A stretch of DNA of 64,000 nucleotides from Squalus acanthias. Lineage: Eukaryota. The notes under the pieces were generated by a model, which saw only the letters and a program-made list of their open reading frames with translations, made no database searches and was not told where the DNA came from. This document shows, piece after piece, positions 1-12,630 of the stretch (position 1 is the stretch's first letter; every line of letters starts with the position of its first letter). Both the position numbers and the translations under genes were made by a program. Where the stretch lies: contig CM059429.1 in NCBI GenBank assembly GCA_030390025.1, forward strand, positions 150,102,001-150,166,000, written 5' to 3'.

Positions 1-59
1 GCAACATAAATATATATTTTTTAAATGCTTTTGTGTGTTAAGGCCTAGTTGAGGTTCGA

Positions 60-560
60 ACTATACAGATAAAACAGTAAAGTACAAGTCAGAAGAAGTA
101 ATGCTCAAACTGTATAGTGTACTATTCAGATCACATACTGAAAACTGTGTCCAGTCTGGTCACTGTGGCACAAAGGAGATATTCAAGCCCTAAAGACAGT
201 TCAAAGAGCCATCAAATTGATCCTTAGTGTCAGAGAATTGAGATATGAGGAAAGACTGGAAAAAAATTGTGCTTTTCAGCTTTAAATGGAAGTGAATGAG
301 ACATAGAAGACTGCATATGGTACAGAAAAGATAAATCGGGAGCACTACTTCATACTAAACTGACAATGGGACATGGATTCAAACTAGCAAAAAGCAACTT
401 TAGGACTGATGTCAGGAGGTTTTCCACACAAAGAATGCTCTATGCATGGAATGGACTTCGGGTCGGATAGTGGAACCAAACACTCTGAAATCATTTAAGA
501 AACATTTGCATGCTGTGGGAGGAATGGATCAGCTAAGTTGGGCTGAATGGCCTTCATCAT
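60..560 (+). mobile_element. Degenerate CR1 LINE 3' fragment (RT C-terminus and 3' UTR)
   Basis: Decayed match to CR1 ORF2 end (EYKS.EVMLKLY..L.R..L..CVQ.W; YEERL) and a CR1-type 3' end (gggctgaatggcctt); similar to younger CR1 copies in this window. Confidence 0.75.
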
Positions 561-769
561 CAATATCTAACCTGTAAATAAATTGTGCATCATTAAAGTG
601 CCGCACAGGCAAATCAAACGGTGAGCATTTTACTGACCTTAAAAGGAAGGCATAAGAGCAGCTCATTGATGAACCAGAAATAAGGCATAGCCCATCTGCC
701 ATGGTCCACCTTTGTGGAAGTGCCCTTGTATGGCTCCATTCCTACCTGTCCCAGTACATTTTTTTCATT

Positions 770-1185
770 CATCCTTGGGATGTGGGCGTCACTGGCAAGG
801 TCAGCATTTATTGCCCATCCCCAGTTGCCCTGAGAAGGTGATGGTTGCCCACCTTCTTGAACAGCGTTGTCATTGTAGCAGTTTGATCCAATCGAGTGGC
901 TTGCTTAGGCCACTTCAGAGGGCAGTTAAGAGTCAACCACATTGGTGTGGGACTGCATATAGACTAATCTGGGTAAGGGTGACTGGTTTCCTTCCCTAAA
1001 AGTCATTAGCGAATCAGTTGGGTTTTTACAACAATTTGCCAGCTTCATGGTCACTTTTTTTTTACTGATAGCCTTTTTATTTCCAGATTTGTTTTAATAA
1101 TTCAAATTCTGAAACAACCATGGTGGGATTTGAACTCTCATTCTCTGGATTGATGGTCCAGGCCTCTGGATTACTAACCCATTTC
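770..1185 (-). mobile_element. HE1-like tRNA-derived SINE (elasmobranch)
   Basis: Minus strand reads ...agtaatccagaggcc...gagttcaaatcccaccatgg (B-box)...tgtaaaaacccaactg...agggaaggaaacc...gtggttgactcttaactgccctctgaagtggcctaagcaagccactc and a gggatgggcaataaatgctg tail; resembles the HE1 consensus as I recall it. Confidence 0.75.
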
Positions 1186-1209
1186 TAGCAATGATTTGTA
1201 CCATATGGT

Positions 1210-1400
1210 CAGCTTCAGACGCCTCAACATTTTATCATTAGCCCTTTCATTTTCTTATTTATATCTTACTCCTTTCATGACATTATCCATCAGCATGGGA
1301 TTAGTTTCCATATGTGTATATATGCTGATGACACTCCGCTTTAACTCTTCATATCATCGCGGTGTTGTCAGACAGCTTGTCCGGCATCAAGACATGGATG
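1210..1400 (+). mobile_element. Old L2/CR1-group LINE RT fragment
   Basis: cat ggg att agt ttc cat atg ... tat gct gat gac act translates HGISFHM..YADDT, the L2-type RT motif; degenerate. Confidence 0.6.
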
Positions 1401-1582
1401 AACAAATGAGTAGTTCCCAGCATTTTAGGAGTAGTAGTTTGGAGGGTGAGGTGTGTCCAGTTTCTTGCTATGTGCCTTCTGGCTCAGCAACAATTTTGAT
1501 TAATCTATACCAATATACTTAAAAAAAAAAATGAAAGAGCTCACACCATTCAAATTGAGTTAATTTTCTGGACAGGTTTTTC

Positions 1583-3497
1583 ACATAACATAAGAAATAG
1601 GAGCAGCAGCAGGCCATTCGGCCCCTCGAGCCTGCTCCGCCATTTAATGAGATCATGGCTGATCTGATTTTGGCCTCAACTCTACTTTCCTGCCCGCTCC
1701 CCATAACCCTTGACTCCCCTGTTGCTCAAAAATCTGTCTATCTCAGCCTTGAATATATTCAATGGCTCAGCTTCCACAGCTCTCTGGGGTAAATAATTCC
1801 AAAGATTCACGACCCTCTGAGAGAAGAAATTCCTCCTCATCTCCATCTTAAATGGGCGACCCCTTATTCTGAGACTATGCTCCCTCGTTCTAGACTCCCT
1901 TCATAGGGGAAACATCCTCTCTGCATCTACCCTGTCCAACCCCCCTCAGAATCTTATATGTTTCAATAAGATCACCTCTCATTCTTCTAAACTCCAATGA
2001 GTATAGGCCCAACCTGCTCAACCTTTCCTCATAAGACAACCCTTCCATCCCAGGAATCAACCTAGTGAACCTTCTCTGAACTGCCTCCAATGCAAGTATA
2101 TCCCTCCTTAAATAAGGAGACCAAAACTGTACGCAGTACTCCAGGTGTGGTCTCACCAGCGCCCTGTACAGTTGTAGCAAGACTTCCCTACTTTTATAAT
2201 TCATCCCCCTTCAAATAAAGGCCAACATTCCATTTGCCTTCCTAATTACTTGCTGCACCTGCATGTTAACTTTTTGTGTTTCATGTACGAGGACACCCAA
2301 ATCCCTCTGTACCGCCGCATTCTGTAGTCTTTCTCCATTTAAACAATATTTTTCTTTTCTATTTTTCCTACCAAAGTGGATAACTTCACATTTTCCCACT
2401 TTATACTCCATCTGCCAAATTCTTGCCCACTTACTTAACCTATCTATATCCCTTTGCAGACTCTTTGGGCTGGATTTTGCCAATGGGGAGCTTTTGGAGG
2501 CGGGACTCCCACTTGTCGGGTTTCAGTCCCGCCTCCATCAACTTCTGGCCAACCCACACTATTTTCCCTTGATTGACCTTGTTAAGCCCGCCCAGCTTAA
2601 GGGAAAGCCAGTTACAGAGCTGTCAAACACTGACATTCTCTGTAGTTTGATGAGATCTTGAATTCAACACCTCATCAAACCTCTTTCTTTTGCAGAAATT
2701 AGATTGTTGTTGCATTGGAGAATGCAACGGCCATCTGTCATCTCTGCCACAGAGGTCCGAGACTCTCCGCATACCCAACCCTTGAAGCCTGCAGGAAGAA
2801 ACAAAGGTAAGTAAACTTTTTCTAACACTTTCCACTTACCTCTCCACATTTGCACCCATCACTTACCTTCACAGCGCACTTTTGCACCCCTCCGATCCCC
2901 GCAGACCCACTACTTGCCTTGGTGATCCTGGCGGGGTTCGGAGCCTTCGGGAAGCCCACACTTGTGTGGGCAAAATGGGGATAATCCTCTTATCTGCCTG
3001 TTAACTACCTGTTAACAGGCAGTTAAGTGGCTGTAATCCCCTTCCCGCCTCCAAGGAGATGGGACCCGACGCGGGTCGGCTACCCGCCTCCTGGCAAGAT
3101 GGCACGGAGGCGGGTTGGGCACCCGCCCCCAGATTCTGCCATTTTCCTGGTAGTCCCGCCTCCCCAGGGCTGGCAAGATCGCGCCCTTTGCGTCCTCCAC
3201 ACAACTTGCTTTCCCACCTATCTTTGTATTATCAGCAAATTTGGCTACAATACACTCGCTTCCTTCATCCAAGTCATTAATATAGATTGAAAATAGTTGA
3301 GGCCCCAGCACTGATCCCTGTGGCACCCCACTAGTTACAGATTGCCATCCTGAAAATGACCCATTTATCCCGACTCTCTGTTTTCTGTTAGTTAGCCAAT
3401 CCTCTGTCCAATCTAATATATTACCCCCAACACCATGAGCTCTCATCTTATGCAGTAACCTTTTATATGGCACTTTGTCGAATGTCTTTTGGAAATA
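1583..3497 (-). mobile_element. CR1 LINE, 5'-truncated (RT through 3' UTR), interrupted by a MITE at 2467-3186
   Basis: ORF pieces FQKTFDKVP..., [36 protein letters not shown]; 3' end with (cttatgtt)-type tail at about 1583. Confidence 0.95.
2467..3186. mobile_element. Harbinger-type MITE (GGAGGCGGG family)
   Basis: Ends gggctggatttt / aagatcgcgccc, 3-bp TSD TTT, and the CR1 sequence resumes on both sides; internal sequence shared with at least 8 other copies. Confidence 0.9.
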
Positions 3498-4448
3498 ACA
3501 AAACACATTGTAATTGTCTGGCAGTGCATTAATTCAGCCCATTAGCCTTGGAACTATTTCTGCTGCATAATTCATTCTATGATTACATTTACTTTGAGGC
3601 GAGTAATATAGCCAGGTTTGAAAGTTGTAGCGTAAGACTTCAAACTCTGGTGCCTAAAACATGGATGTAATTTATTTAATTTTTAGTGTGTAACCTTATT
3701 TGCACTTTGAATGTGGTTACACTGTCACATTTGTGCCATTGCAAAGCAGTTTCCAATTTGGAGCAATATAAGAGTGATAATAAAACTAATTTAGTACATC
3801 CAACTATTCTGCTATGTAGAAATGGCAAAAAATATTTTTTATCTGTGCTGCACTTACGCTCATTCTTGAGGGAAGTGAGGGCTCGAGTGCATAGAATACC
3901 TTGTAAATCAGGATTTTGCTCTGCTGTCGTTCAGCCGTTTTCAACAATAATTGCACACTCAACAGCTGGATTAACGAAGTCTGGGAGATTTACGCAAGTT
4001 AAGTGACTGTTCAGCTGCCGGAGAAGTGTTAAAGGATCATTACTGCAGCTGTGTTATGATTGCCTGCTATTTGATCATTATCCCTACCTAAATCTTTATT
4101 TCAGGAATTGTACCTTTCAAAAACATGCATTTCCAGAGTTTCGTCAGTGCTTCATGAATATCAAGGAAAACGTCGGCCTCTCCTGCTTTTTTGAGGAAAA
4201 TAAAAATTTTGAGCAATGCTGACTAAACTAACTGCAGTAGTAAGGTTTAATATTGCTGGGTTTGATTGCTGAGTTTTCTTACTTGGGGTTTAAAATTGTC
4301 AGTCAAATTAGATCATTCTCATTGCTGATCAGAGTGAGCCAAGTTTTCTGCTTTGACTTCAAAATGTGACAGACTGTTAACTCATTTCTCCACCTTCCAC
4401 AAATGGTACCTGGAGCAATGGGAGTAAATCTGCTAATTAACACCTTAT

Positions 4449-4735
4449 CCATCTACCCTCTCAGCTGGACGTAAAAGATCCCATGGCACTATTTTGAAGA
4501 AGAGCAGAGGATTTCTCCTGGTGCCTGGCCAACATTTTATCCCTCAAACACCACTAAAAACTGATCATTATCTCACTGCTGTTTATAGGAGCTTGCTGTG
4601 TACAAATTGGCTGTAGCTTTTTCTACACTACAGCAGTGACTACAATTCAAAAGTACTTCACTGGATGTGCTGAAGTGCTACGGGACATCCTGAGATCACG
4701 AAAGGTGCTATATAAATGCCGGTTCTTTTTTTCTT
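4449..4735 (+). mobile_element. DeuSINE (SacSINE1-like), 5'-truncated
   Basis: Deu-domain core taaaagatcccatggcactattttgaagaagagcag...cctggccaac; tail gaaaggtgctatataaatgc; homologous to 56705-56870 and 60995-61323. Confidence 0.75.
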
Positions 4736-4884
4736 CTTAGCAAGCCAATCAGTCCAAATATGTTTACCCTTTCTAAAGAATTCTGTCTGTCCCTTTGTAC
4801 TGGCCTGGTCCTACAGTACTGTAATCATTACTGTTGTCTCTGTTTGCTTAATGTAACTTGTTGGTGGCTTCTCGCTTGCAACTC

Positions 4885-5719
4885 GGGCTGGATTTTGTCA
4901 ATGGGGAGCATTTGGAGGCGGGACTCCCACTTGTCGGGTTTTAGTCCCGCCTCCATCGACTTGTGGCCAACCCACACTATTTTCCCTTGATTGACCTTGT
5001 TAAGCCCGCCCAGCGGGCTGAGCAGGCCAATTAAGGGAAAGCCGGTTACAGGTGACGTCAGTGAGTGACGAGAGCTTTTGACCGATGAATTGTCATCGTT
5101 TGAGAGCTCTGTGAAGCTGTCAATCACTGACAATCTGTCCTCTAACTTCAGTCCTGTCACTCAGGCTCAGTTAGAGAGCTCTCCTGAGCAGCAAGCAGAA
5201 GGCTGCAGCTTTTGACAGTTCAGCGGCCATTCTGCTTTCTGTGCTGGTGAGCTGAGGGACTCCCGAGACCTGAAGGGAGGAAGCCTGCAGGAAGAAGTAA
5301 AGGTAAGTAAAACTTATTAAAACACTTTACACACACCTCACACAATTACCTCTGCACACTTGCACCCATCACTCACCTGAACACCGGACATCTCGGCCCC
5401 TCCGACCCCCGCAGACCGACGGCCCGCCTCGCTGACCCTGGCGAGGTTCGGAGCCGTCGGGAAGCCCAAACTTCAGGGCTCAAAATGGGGATTCTCAAAA
5501 AAAACTGCCTGTTAACTATCTGTTAACAGGCAGTTAATTGGCACTAATCCCCTTCCCACCTCGAGGAGACGGGACCCAGTGCGGGTCGGGTACCCGCCTC
5601 CTGGGAAGATGGCACGGAGGCGGGTTGAGGGCGGGATGGGTACCTGCCCCCAGATTCTGCCATTTTCCCGGCAGTCCCGCCTCCAAACCCGCCTCCCCAG
5701 GGCTGGCAAAATCGCTCCC
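4885..5719. mobile_element. Harbinger-type MITE (GGAGGCGGG family)
   Basis: Ends gggctggatttt / aaaatcgctccc; homologous to other copies; flanks (ctc / ata) do not form a TSD. Confidence 0.85.
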
Positions 5720-5744
5720 ATATGAGCCAAGAATTAGAAACTTA

Positions 5745-6396
5745 GGGGGCGATTTTGTGACTGGGGGCGCGTTGGAGGCGGGACTGCTGCTTGTCGGGTC
5801 GATGTCCCGCCTCCATCGATTTGTGGCCAACCCACACTATTTTCCCTTGATTGATCTTGTTAAGCCCACTCAGCAGGCTTAGCAGGCCAATTAAGGGAAA
5901 GCCGGTTGCAGAGCACGTCAATGTATGACGTTTCACAAGACAAAAACTTTTGACAGATGAATTGTCATTGTTTGACAGCTCTGTGAAGCTGTCAAACAGT
6001 GACATTCTCTGCAGTTTGATGAGGTCTTGAATACAAGACCCCCATCAAACTTCTTTCTTTAACAGAATTGAGATGGTTGTTGCATCTGTGACTGCAACGG
6101 CTGCCTGTCAATCCTGACGCGGGGGTCCGAGAGTCTCCGCATACAAACCAACTGAAGCCTGCAGGAAGAAACAAAGGTAAGTACACTTTTAAAAACACTT
6201 TGCACTTACCTCAGATACTCACCTCTCCATTCTTGCACCCATCACTTACCTTCACACCACATTTTTGGACCCCGCAGACCCACTACTCGCTTCGGTGACC
6301 CTGGCGGGTTTTGGAGCCTTCGGGAAGCCCGCACTTGTGACGGCAAAAAAGTCTCGCCTCCATACCTGCCTCCCCAGGGCTGGCAAAATCGCCCCC
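5745..6396. mobile_element. Harbinger-type MITE (GGAGGCGGG family, internally deleted)
   Basis: Terminal inverted repeats (TIRs) gggggcgatttt / aaaatcgccccc; TSD TTA. Confidence 0.92.
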
Positions 6397-8099
6397 TTAG
6401 GTAGTGATTTTCCTTGTCATTTCTGGTGCACTTAACGTGCAGGAATAGCAGAGACCTGCAATTGCTTCTGACTGCTTCTCACAATGTCGGACCACCAACA
6501 GATTTTCTAAATGACTGAAGTTGTGCGTTCTTCTCTGGCTTGGTGCCAGGCCCTGCTGCCCTCTAGGCACAGATGGTGCTTGAGTGGCCCTAATTCTGTA
6601 CAAGTGAAGGTATTAGAGAGTGAAGTGAAATAGCCAAGCATTGTTGCTGCCTTACTTGTTTGTCCCCAGTCTGCTGCTGAAGAGTGCAGGCTGAACTGTC
6701 TTTTTAAAGGCTGCACAGAAGCTTCCAGGCAGTCCAGCTTCTTACACCGGTTTTAGACCAACGACTGCACCAATGCGAATGCAAAATGAGCAGACCCAGG
6801 AAACTCGTGTTAACTCCCTCGAGACGCACCCGGCAGACGCAACACCTTTTTAAAGAGGCAACAGTGGTGTAACTCATTTCAAGGAAACTCTGGGCCTTAA
6901 TTTCTTATCAAGTTCTTTAAAAGCTCTTGTGAAGAGATCTTTAGCTGGAGCGAAGCTCATTTTTACTCCTCAGAATGTAATCAGTAATTTAGACGTAGAA
7001 TAGAAATTCTCTGTCATTTAAATTTTAAAGTTAAACTACTGAGGGCAGGGTTACTGTAAGCAGGGAACAACCTTCCCTGTACTTACTGTACTAAAAGACA
7101 GAGATCTAAGGTGTATAACATTAGACCACCAGGGTTTGGAAGGTACACACCCATTAAATGCAGGAAGGCTCCAATGGACAGTCCTGTTTGAAATTTGTAT
7201 ATACTCTCATTAAATTGATGGAGATTGTGATACATTTTTCCTTTCTACACCACCCCGCCCCCCACAGCCTGTTGGTAAAATGGACGCAAATCATGACACA
7301 TGGTCATTTACAGATGCAACACTGAATTGTTGTTACAAGGACACCTGTTCCACCGCCCCCCCGCCTGCCCATTCCCAATCACCACAAGAGATTGACTTAC
7401 CATTAATGTAATGATTCTACTGCCTGATGCCAGCTGTAATGGAGGCAATCTATTTTCCTGGATAAAAAATGGCATTATGCCCCCCAGTCTGCACGGTAGA
7501 TATCACTGGTACCTGCTGCCATGCCATCTGTCCCCAACACTATTGTACTTGTCCTGACATTTTTTTTAACTAAAAGGCACGTAGTTAAGTTCTCACGTTA
7601 TCTCTGGGAATATTTAAGTGTGAGGCGTATGAGACTGGACATTGGAGGAAACAGGATGGAGAAGATCATAAATGATCTGAAAAAAAAACAGACAGGCAAG
7701 AAGAAAGGTCAGCGAGAAAAAGAAACCCAGCAATGCAGGAAAGCTGCAATTTAAAATGTAATCAGTGAAAGTTTTACTACGAGCTGAGGGTAATTTAAGA
7801 TGGACTGGGAGTCTGTGTTTTAGAAATAAGGGTCATGTCTGAGGTGATTGGGAGGATAGGGATTCCATCATGCGTGTGTTGGCAGTAATGGTGGTAGGAG
7901 TGGGCACAAGTTATTAAACTTCCTTTAATTTGCCTGCCTTCTGTGCGTTTGGAAAACACTTCAAAATCACAAGTGTGAAACATAACCTTACAACGATGTC
8001 AAATCAGCTGACAGTTAGCGTCCTGACTACTTGCTCCAGCTCGGCTTGGTGGAAAAAGGTGGGGGTAGAATTTTTTTTTTAATGTAAGAAATAAGCTGG

Positions 8100-8560
8100 G
8101 AAGCAGGGCGGAGAACGAGAGCTCCTTTTTCAGACTTTATTTTCCCCCTTCATCACTTGGGGTCTCTGCACCGTGGACCAAACTTTGTCCAAGAGCACAC
8201 GCAAGTAACTTACTCCTGGAACTCTGCCATTTTGCTGCAGGCAGCCAATGGGANNNNNNNNNNNNNNNNNNNNNNNNNNNNNNNNNNNNNNNNNNNNNNN
8301 NNNNNNNNNNNNNNNNNNNNNNNNNNNNNNNNNNNNNNNNNNNNNNNNNNNNNNNNNNNNNNNNNNNNNNNNNNNNNNNNNNNNNNNNNNNNNNNNNNNN
8401 NNNNNTTCCAAACAGACTATACCTAGACTGCATCCCCCCAGCTCTGGGGCGGAGTGCCATGCGTCTGCAGCCATGATTTGGAGGCGAGGGGAGGGAGGGT
8501 ACTCCAATTTATTGCTAAAAATGGCTGAGTCGTCCTCCGGCTCGCCCGATATGTTTTTCA
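8100..8560. promoter_or_regulatory. Candidate bidirectional promoter spanning an assembly gap
   Basis: Locally GC/CpG-richer unique sequence; CCAAT at 8245; GC boxes gggcggag at about 8106 and 8447; outward-facing YY1-like AAAATGGC motifs (minus strand at about 8227-8234, plus strand at about 8518-8525); minus-strand donor GA|gtaagt at 8214/8213. Confidence 0.45.
8254..8405. other. Assembly gap (152 N)
   Basis: Run of N in the sequence. Confidence 1.
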
Positions 8561-11500
8561 TTAATGGTTTAAAATCCAAATTTTAAGATCTTTGTGGTTG
8601 CTGGAGACTTTTGGTCGCTGTATTATGGCTGTTTGGGCCTGTTGAAAATGTTTCAAAGGAGTTTAAAAGATGATTCCACTCTAATTACAATTGCGGATAA
8701 GCTAAAGATCAGTTTACAGTGATAGTTTGTTTTTGTTTGTGCCAGCTGCTCTCTCTTCAAACATCTAATTGGATCCTTATAAGATTTCTGGAACATACAA
8801 AACCCTGTTAAGCAGAGTTCGATCATCGTGCTGTTTAATAGTTTTATAAGCTGTAGCAACATGCTGTAGATCAGTTTTTGAAATTCTGTAGGATGTTGTT
8901 TTCCCTGGTAAAGGAGGTTCATGGGCCTGAGGTGGGTTTTTGTTTCTTAGTGGACTAGTCAGAAATTACTAATTGTAAGAAAACAACCAAAACCAGTCAT
9001 ACATGTTGGTGATGTAGTCATGTTATTCTCATCATTAAATAATTGACATTTAGGGAGTTTGTATTTTCTTGATGTCAATGTGGGGGCGCCTGTCTAGCCT
9101 AGGAAACAGGAAAGACGTCTTGACATGTTTCTAGGTGGGAGGGAGTTAAATTTTGTTCGATTACAAAAAAGTCTGTTAATGCCACAGATTTTAATGGGAT
9201 CAAATGTACATTAACACTCTGTAAGGCTTAATATATAACAAAAAAATTGGATTTTTTTTTTCTTTCATTCTTGTCACTTGTTCCTCTGGGATGGTACTTT
9301 GATAATCTCTCTGTGGCCACCATTACTGCTGCTCCCTGATTGTGATTGGTATATCTGCAGGACAGGGCCAGCCTGAAAGCCTGTTCTGTCCACCAGAGAG
9401 GGAACAGGTCCGACTGCGACTGTGAGGAGCTCAGTTCAACAGACCAGTTCCAAGCTGGTGAAACCGGGGCCGTTGAAAGGAGTTGTGTTCAAAGTGGAAG
9501 TAGAGAGCATTTGAATTTGGATGGCTTAAATGAAAGCCCACTACTTGCTACCGAAGCTACTTCCATTTTTTTTTACTTATTCTTTGCAACAGCATATACC
9601 TATGAAATATCAAATGACAAGAAATATGCACTTTGACGTTTTAGATTTCACTTTTTTTTTGAGGAACCGAAGTATATGCTCTGCAGACCTCTTCTGTATA
9701 CTGGGAACTGTGCTGGTTTGCGTGAGAGAGTAAGCCTCATTCAGCATGGGGAGGAATGGTGTTTTCAGTTAATAAAATCCATTGTTTTTAGCTGTGTTAA
9801 AGGAGACAGGAAACCAGCCTAATTCCAGCCTCATTACATTGCTCTACTGGCTGAAGTTCAGCTTTCTGTAATGACACTGCTGTATTGCATTGCTTGTTTT
9901 AACCATTACACTGTATTTAAATTTTCACCATTGCCAGATGGGCTGCTTAAATTTTCAAACTGCATATTTATTATCTTAAGATGTGAAAGGATTTTTTTTT
10001 TAAAATCACGGTTCCAACACTTTAGAAGACAGGAACTTTTAGCTTTTAAGTTTCAATTTTTCATGGGGTGGTGGGTTCGTGGCTTAAACAGCAATGACTG
10101 TATTCATCTTCGTGACAAATCCTATGTAATTAGGCACAAGCTGAAGTAGCAGACTGACTGCACCTGTTGGGCCATGCAACTATCTGAACATTTTGAAATG
10201 GAATCAAGTAATGGATGAATAAAAACTGGTAATATTTTCTAGCAATCTTTGGCTTTTCACTTCCCAAGTTATTTTGTTTTGTTGTCAACAGTGAAACTTT
10301 AACTTCATTTTGCAGTTTTTCAATGAAAACATTTTAAGGAAAAAAACAATAGTTAATCAAAATCTTATGTGAATAAGTGTTTAGCTGTATGTTTGTAACA
10401 TTTATCAAGGGACGTCGATACGGCTTTGGTGCCAAGTTGCATTTTTGAAGATAGCCCACAAATCTTTCAGGTTTTATATTTAATTGTTTTTCAATACGTG
10501 GGTATAATCTATTGAGGAGTTGACAATGAACCTACAATTATTTTAGGACACCTCCACCAAGGATGCTTACTAATAATCTCGCTAGGTACACGTGTGTGTG
10601 TATAATGCAAGAAAATATGTTGCCATTTCTAATGATCTAAATGCAACATTCTACTGTGACGGAATGCTTCACGGTTGCATGACTTTAAAATCTCTTGTCG
10701 TGATTTTGATGCATAACATTTAAATTAGAATTTTTAAAAACCCAGTAGTAGGACTATTTACAGCATTGTTGATAACCTGCACACCTAAGAAGAAATGACA
10801 ACACCTGCCAAAGTGAGGTTTGCTACCTCCCTCCACAGATATTGGGGTGCAGGTGTAGGCGAGAAGACAGAGGGCATCTCTCGGGCAATCTGACCTGCCT
10901 GGCATTCATCCTCTGGTTCCCCCTCTCCTTCAAACACGATGAAGGATCCTGGTAGCAAACCCTCTGGTGCCAATAAAGGGAACTCCAGGCAAAATAAATT
11001 GCATCTGGCACTAAGGCTCATGAAAGCCTACATACCAACTAGAAATATAATATGTACAAGAAGGGCCTTTGAAAGGCTTTTTAAATGCCCTTCCACTGCA
11101 GGTCTGCCAAAGCCCTCGTTCCCCCTGCCAGGTTTTATTGGGATGATGCTTCCTACATTTCAATTGTGTTGGGGTCATATAGTGTTGATCTCAAACTTTG
11201 AAAGAGCACCAAATGCATATTTTTGCTTGCGTCCCTTGCCCCGACAAACTACAAAATATATGCACCTATGCAAATAAAATAGATAAGAATGTGGACATTA
11301 CCTCATTTATTTTTCTCTATTACCTGCAGGTGGTTATTTTTGACCAGATTATATTCATTCTCTGCTCTCTTACTCTCACACGGTCCCTTGTATTTCCCCT
11401 TTTTCTTCATATTTCTGATTGGCTGGTTGTGTTTTTTTTAATTTTAACTGTCTGGCCTGGGGAGAGATTCATATTAAACCTATAACTCAAAGTGGCAGAT

Positions 11501-12489
11501 ATTGGGCAAGTATGGGTTAATTCTCAAATACTCAAATTTTACAATTGGCTCTTGAAAGTATGCACACAAATATTTCACTTGTGCCATTTATCTTATCCTG
11601 CCATAAGCTCGCCATCATTACGGAGAGTTACAAGTGAGCATCTAATGTCTGTGGCTAAGTACGTAATGTTGAAGTTTGATACCTATTTTTTTCTGTCCTG
11701 CCTAATGTAGGCAGAGCAACAATCCAGTTATTAATGATTATGTTGGGAGTGGGAAGGAAAATCCCAGGCAGCCTATTGCTTGTATGTTTTCTCTGGCAGT
11801 GGCAGAGTAGTATGTGTTCAATGTCCCTGGCAATGTTGATGAGGTGGCTGTTTGTATCCAGTCTCCATGTGATAATCCATTGGGTGTCTCTTGCGTCTTA
11901 GTTGGAGGGGTTGCATCTATGTAACTTGGTGAAGCAAGACTACTAATTTGTCAGCAAAATATATGGAATTTGGGCCTCTGATGGAAAATGACAAAGAAGA
12001 TTAACATTCAGCCTGTTTGCTCTCTTATCTTCCCTTCTATTGTCCATATGTACCTTTCTTCCTTCTCGTGTATATCTTAAAAATGATCTCTTTTCAAGAT
12101 GAAGGATGATTTACTTCTGTTTCTTTCAGTCTGCCTTTCAGTAGTTGTCAGGCTGTGCAGTGAGCTGTAAGGGAACTTACTGTCTTTGATATTTAGAGGT
12201 AAAAAACGTAAATAAGCCATTATCCCTCTGCCAGTAATGTTTTTGTTTTTGAATTCGGTGCTGGGGAATAGAACTCATTTATTTTAGGTATCCAGTGACA
12301 TTGTCCAGAGTCTCAGGTCAGGAATAACTCTGGATGAATGAAGTTACGCTTTCCTTTACCCTTTCCTAAACATTATGGCTTATCCCAGCCTCCGTAAAAC
12401 ACATCATATTGGACCAATTTGAATTTTATCATGCCTAACATGAGCTGTCTCTATGTCCCTGCCAATTTCTGCCCATTTATAGCATAACA

Positions 12490-12630
12490 TCAATTAAAAA
12501 CTGGCCTAATATTGACCAAACTCAATTCATGTTGGACCCTTATAGTTCACAGCAAGTGGAGACTTTCATCCAGCTTTCGAGGACTGATTTTAAGCCCAGG
12601 GCCTAGAGGTAACAGGACAGTTGACACCCA
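12490..12630 (-). mobile_element. Ancient LF-SINE-like fragment
   Basis: Minus strand ttacctctaggccctgggcttaaaatcag...atgaaagtctc...aagggtccaacatgaattgagtttgg resembles the LF-SINE 5' region; similar to 57465-57580. Confidence 0.45.

Noticed and set aside
3001-3290. Recurrent short ORFs (e.g. LASPGEAGLPGKWQNLGAG) in many places
   Set aside because: Chance frames in GC-rich MITE arms; frames break between copies and no domain is recognisable.
8586-8660. ggagacttttgg resembling a kinase DFG exon
   Set aside because: It translates GDFW with no surrounding kinase motifs.
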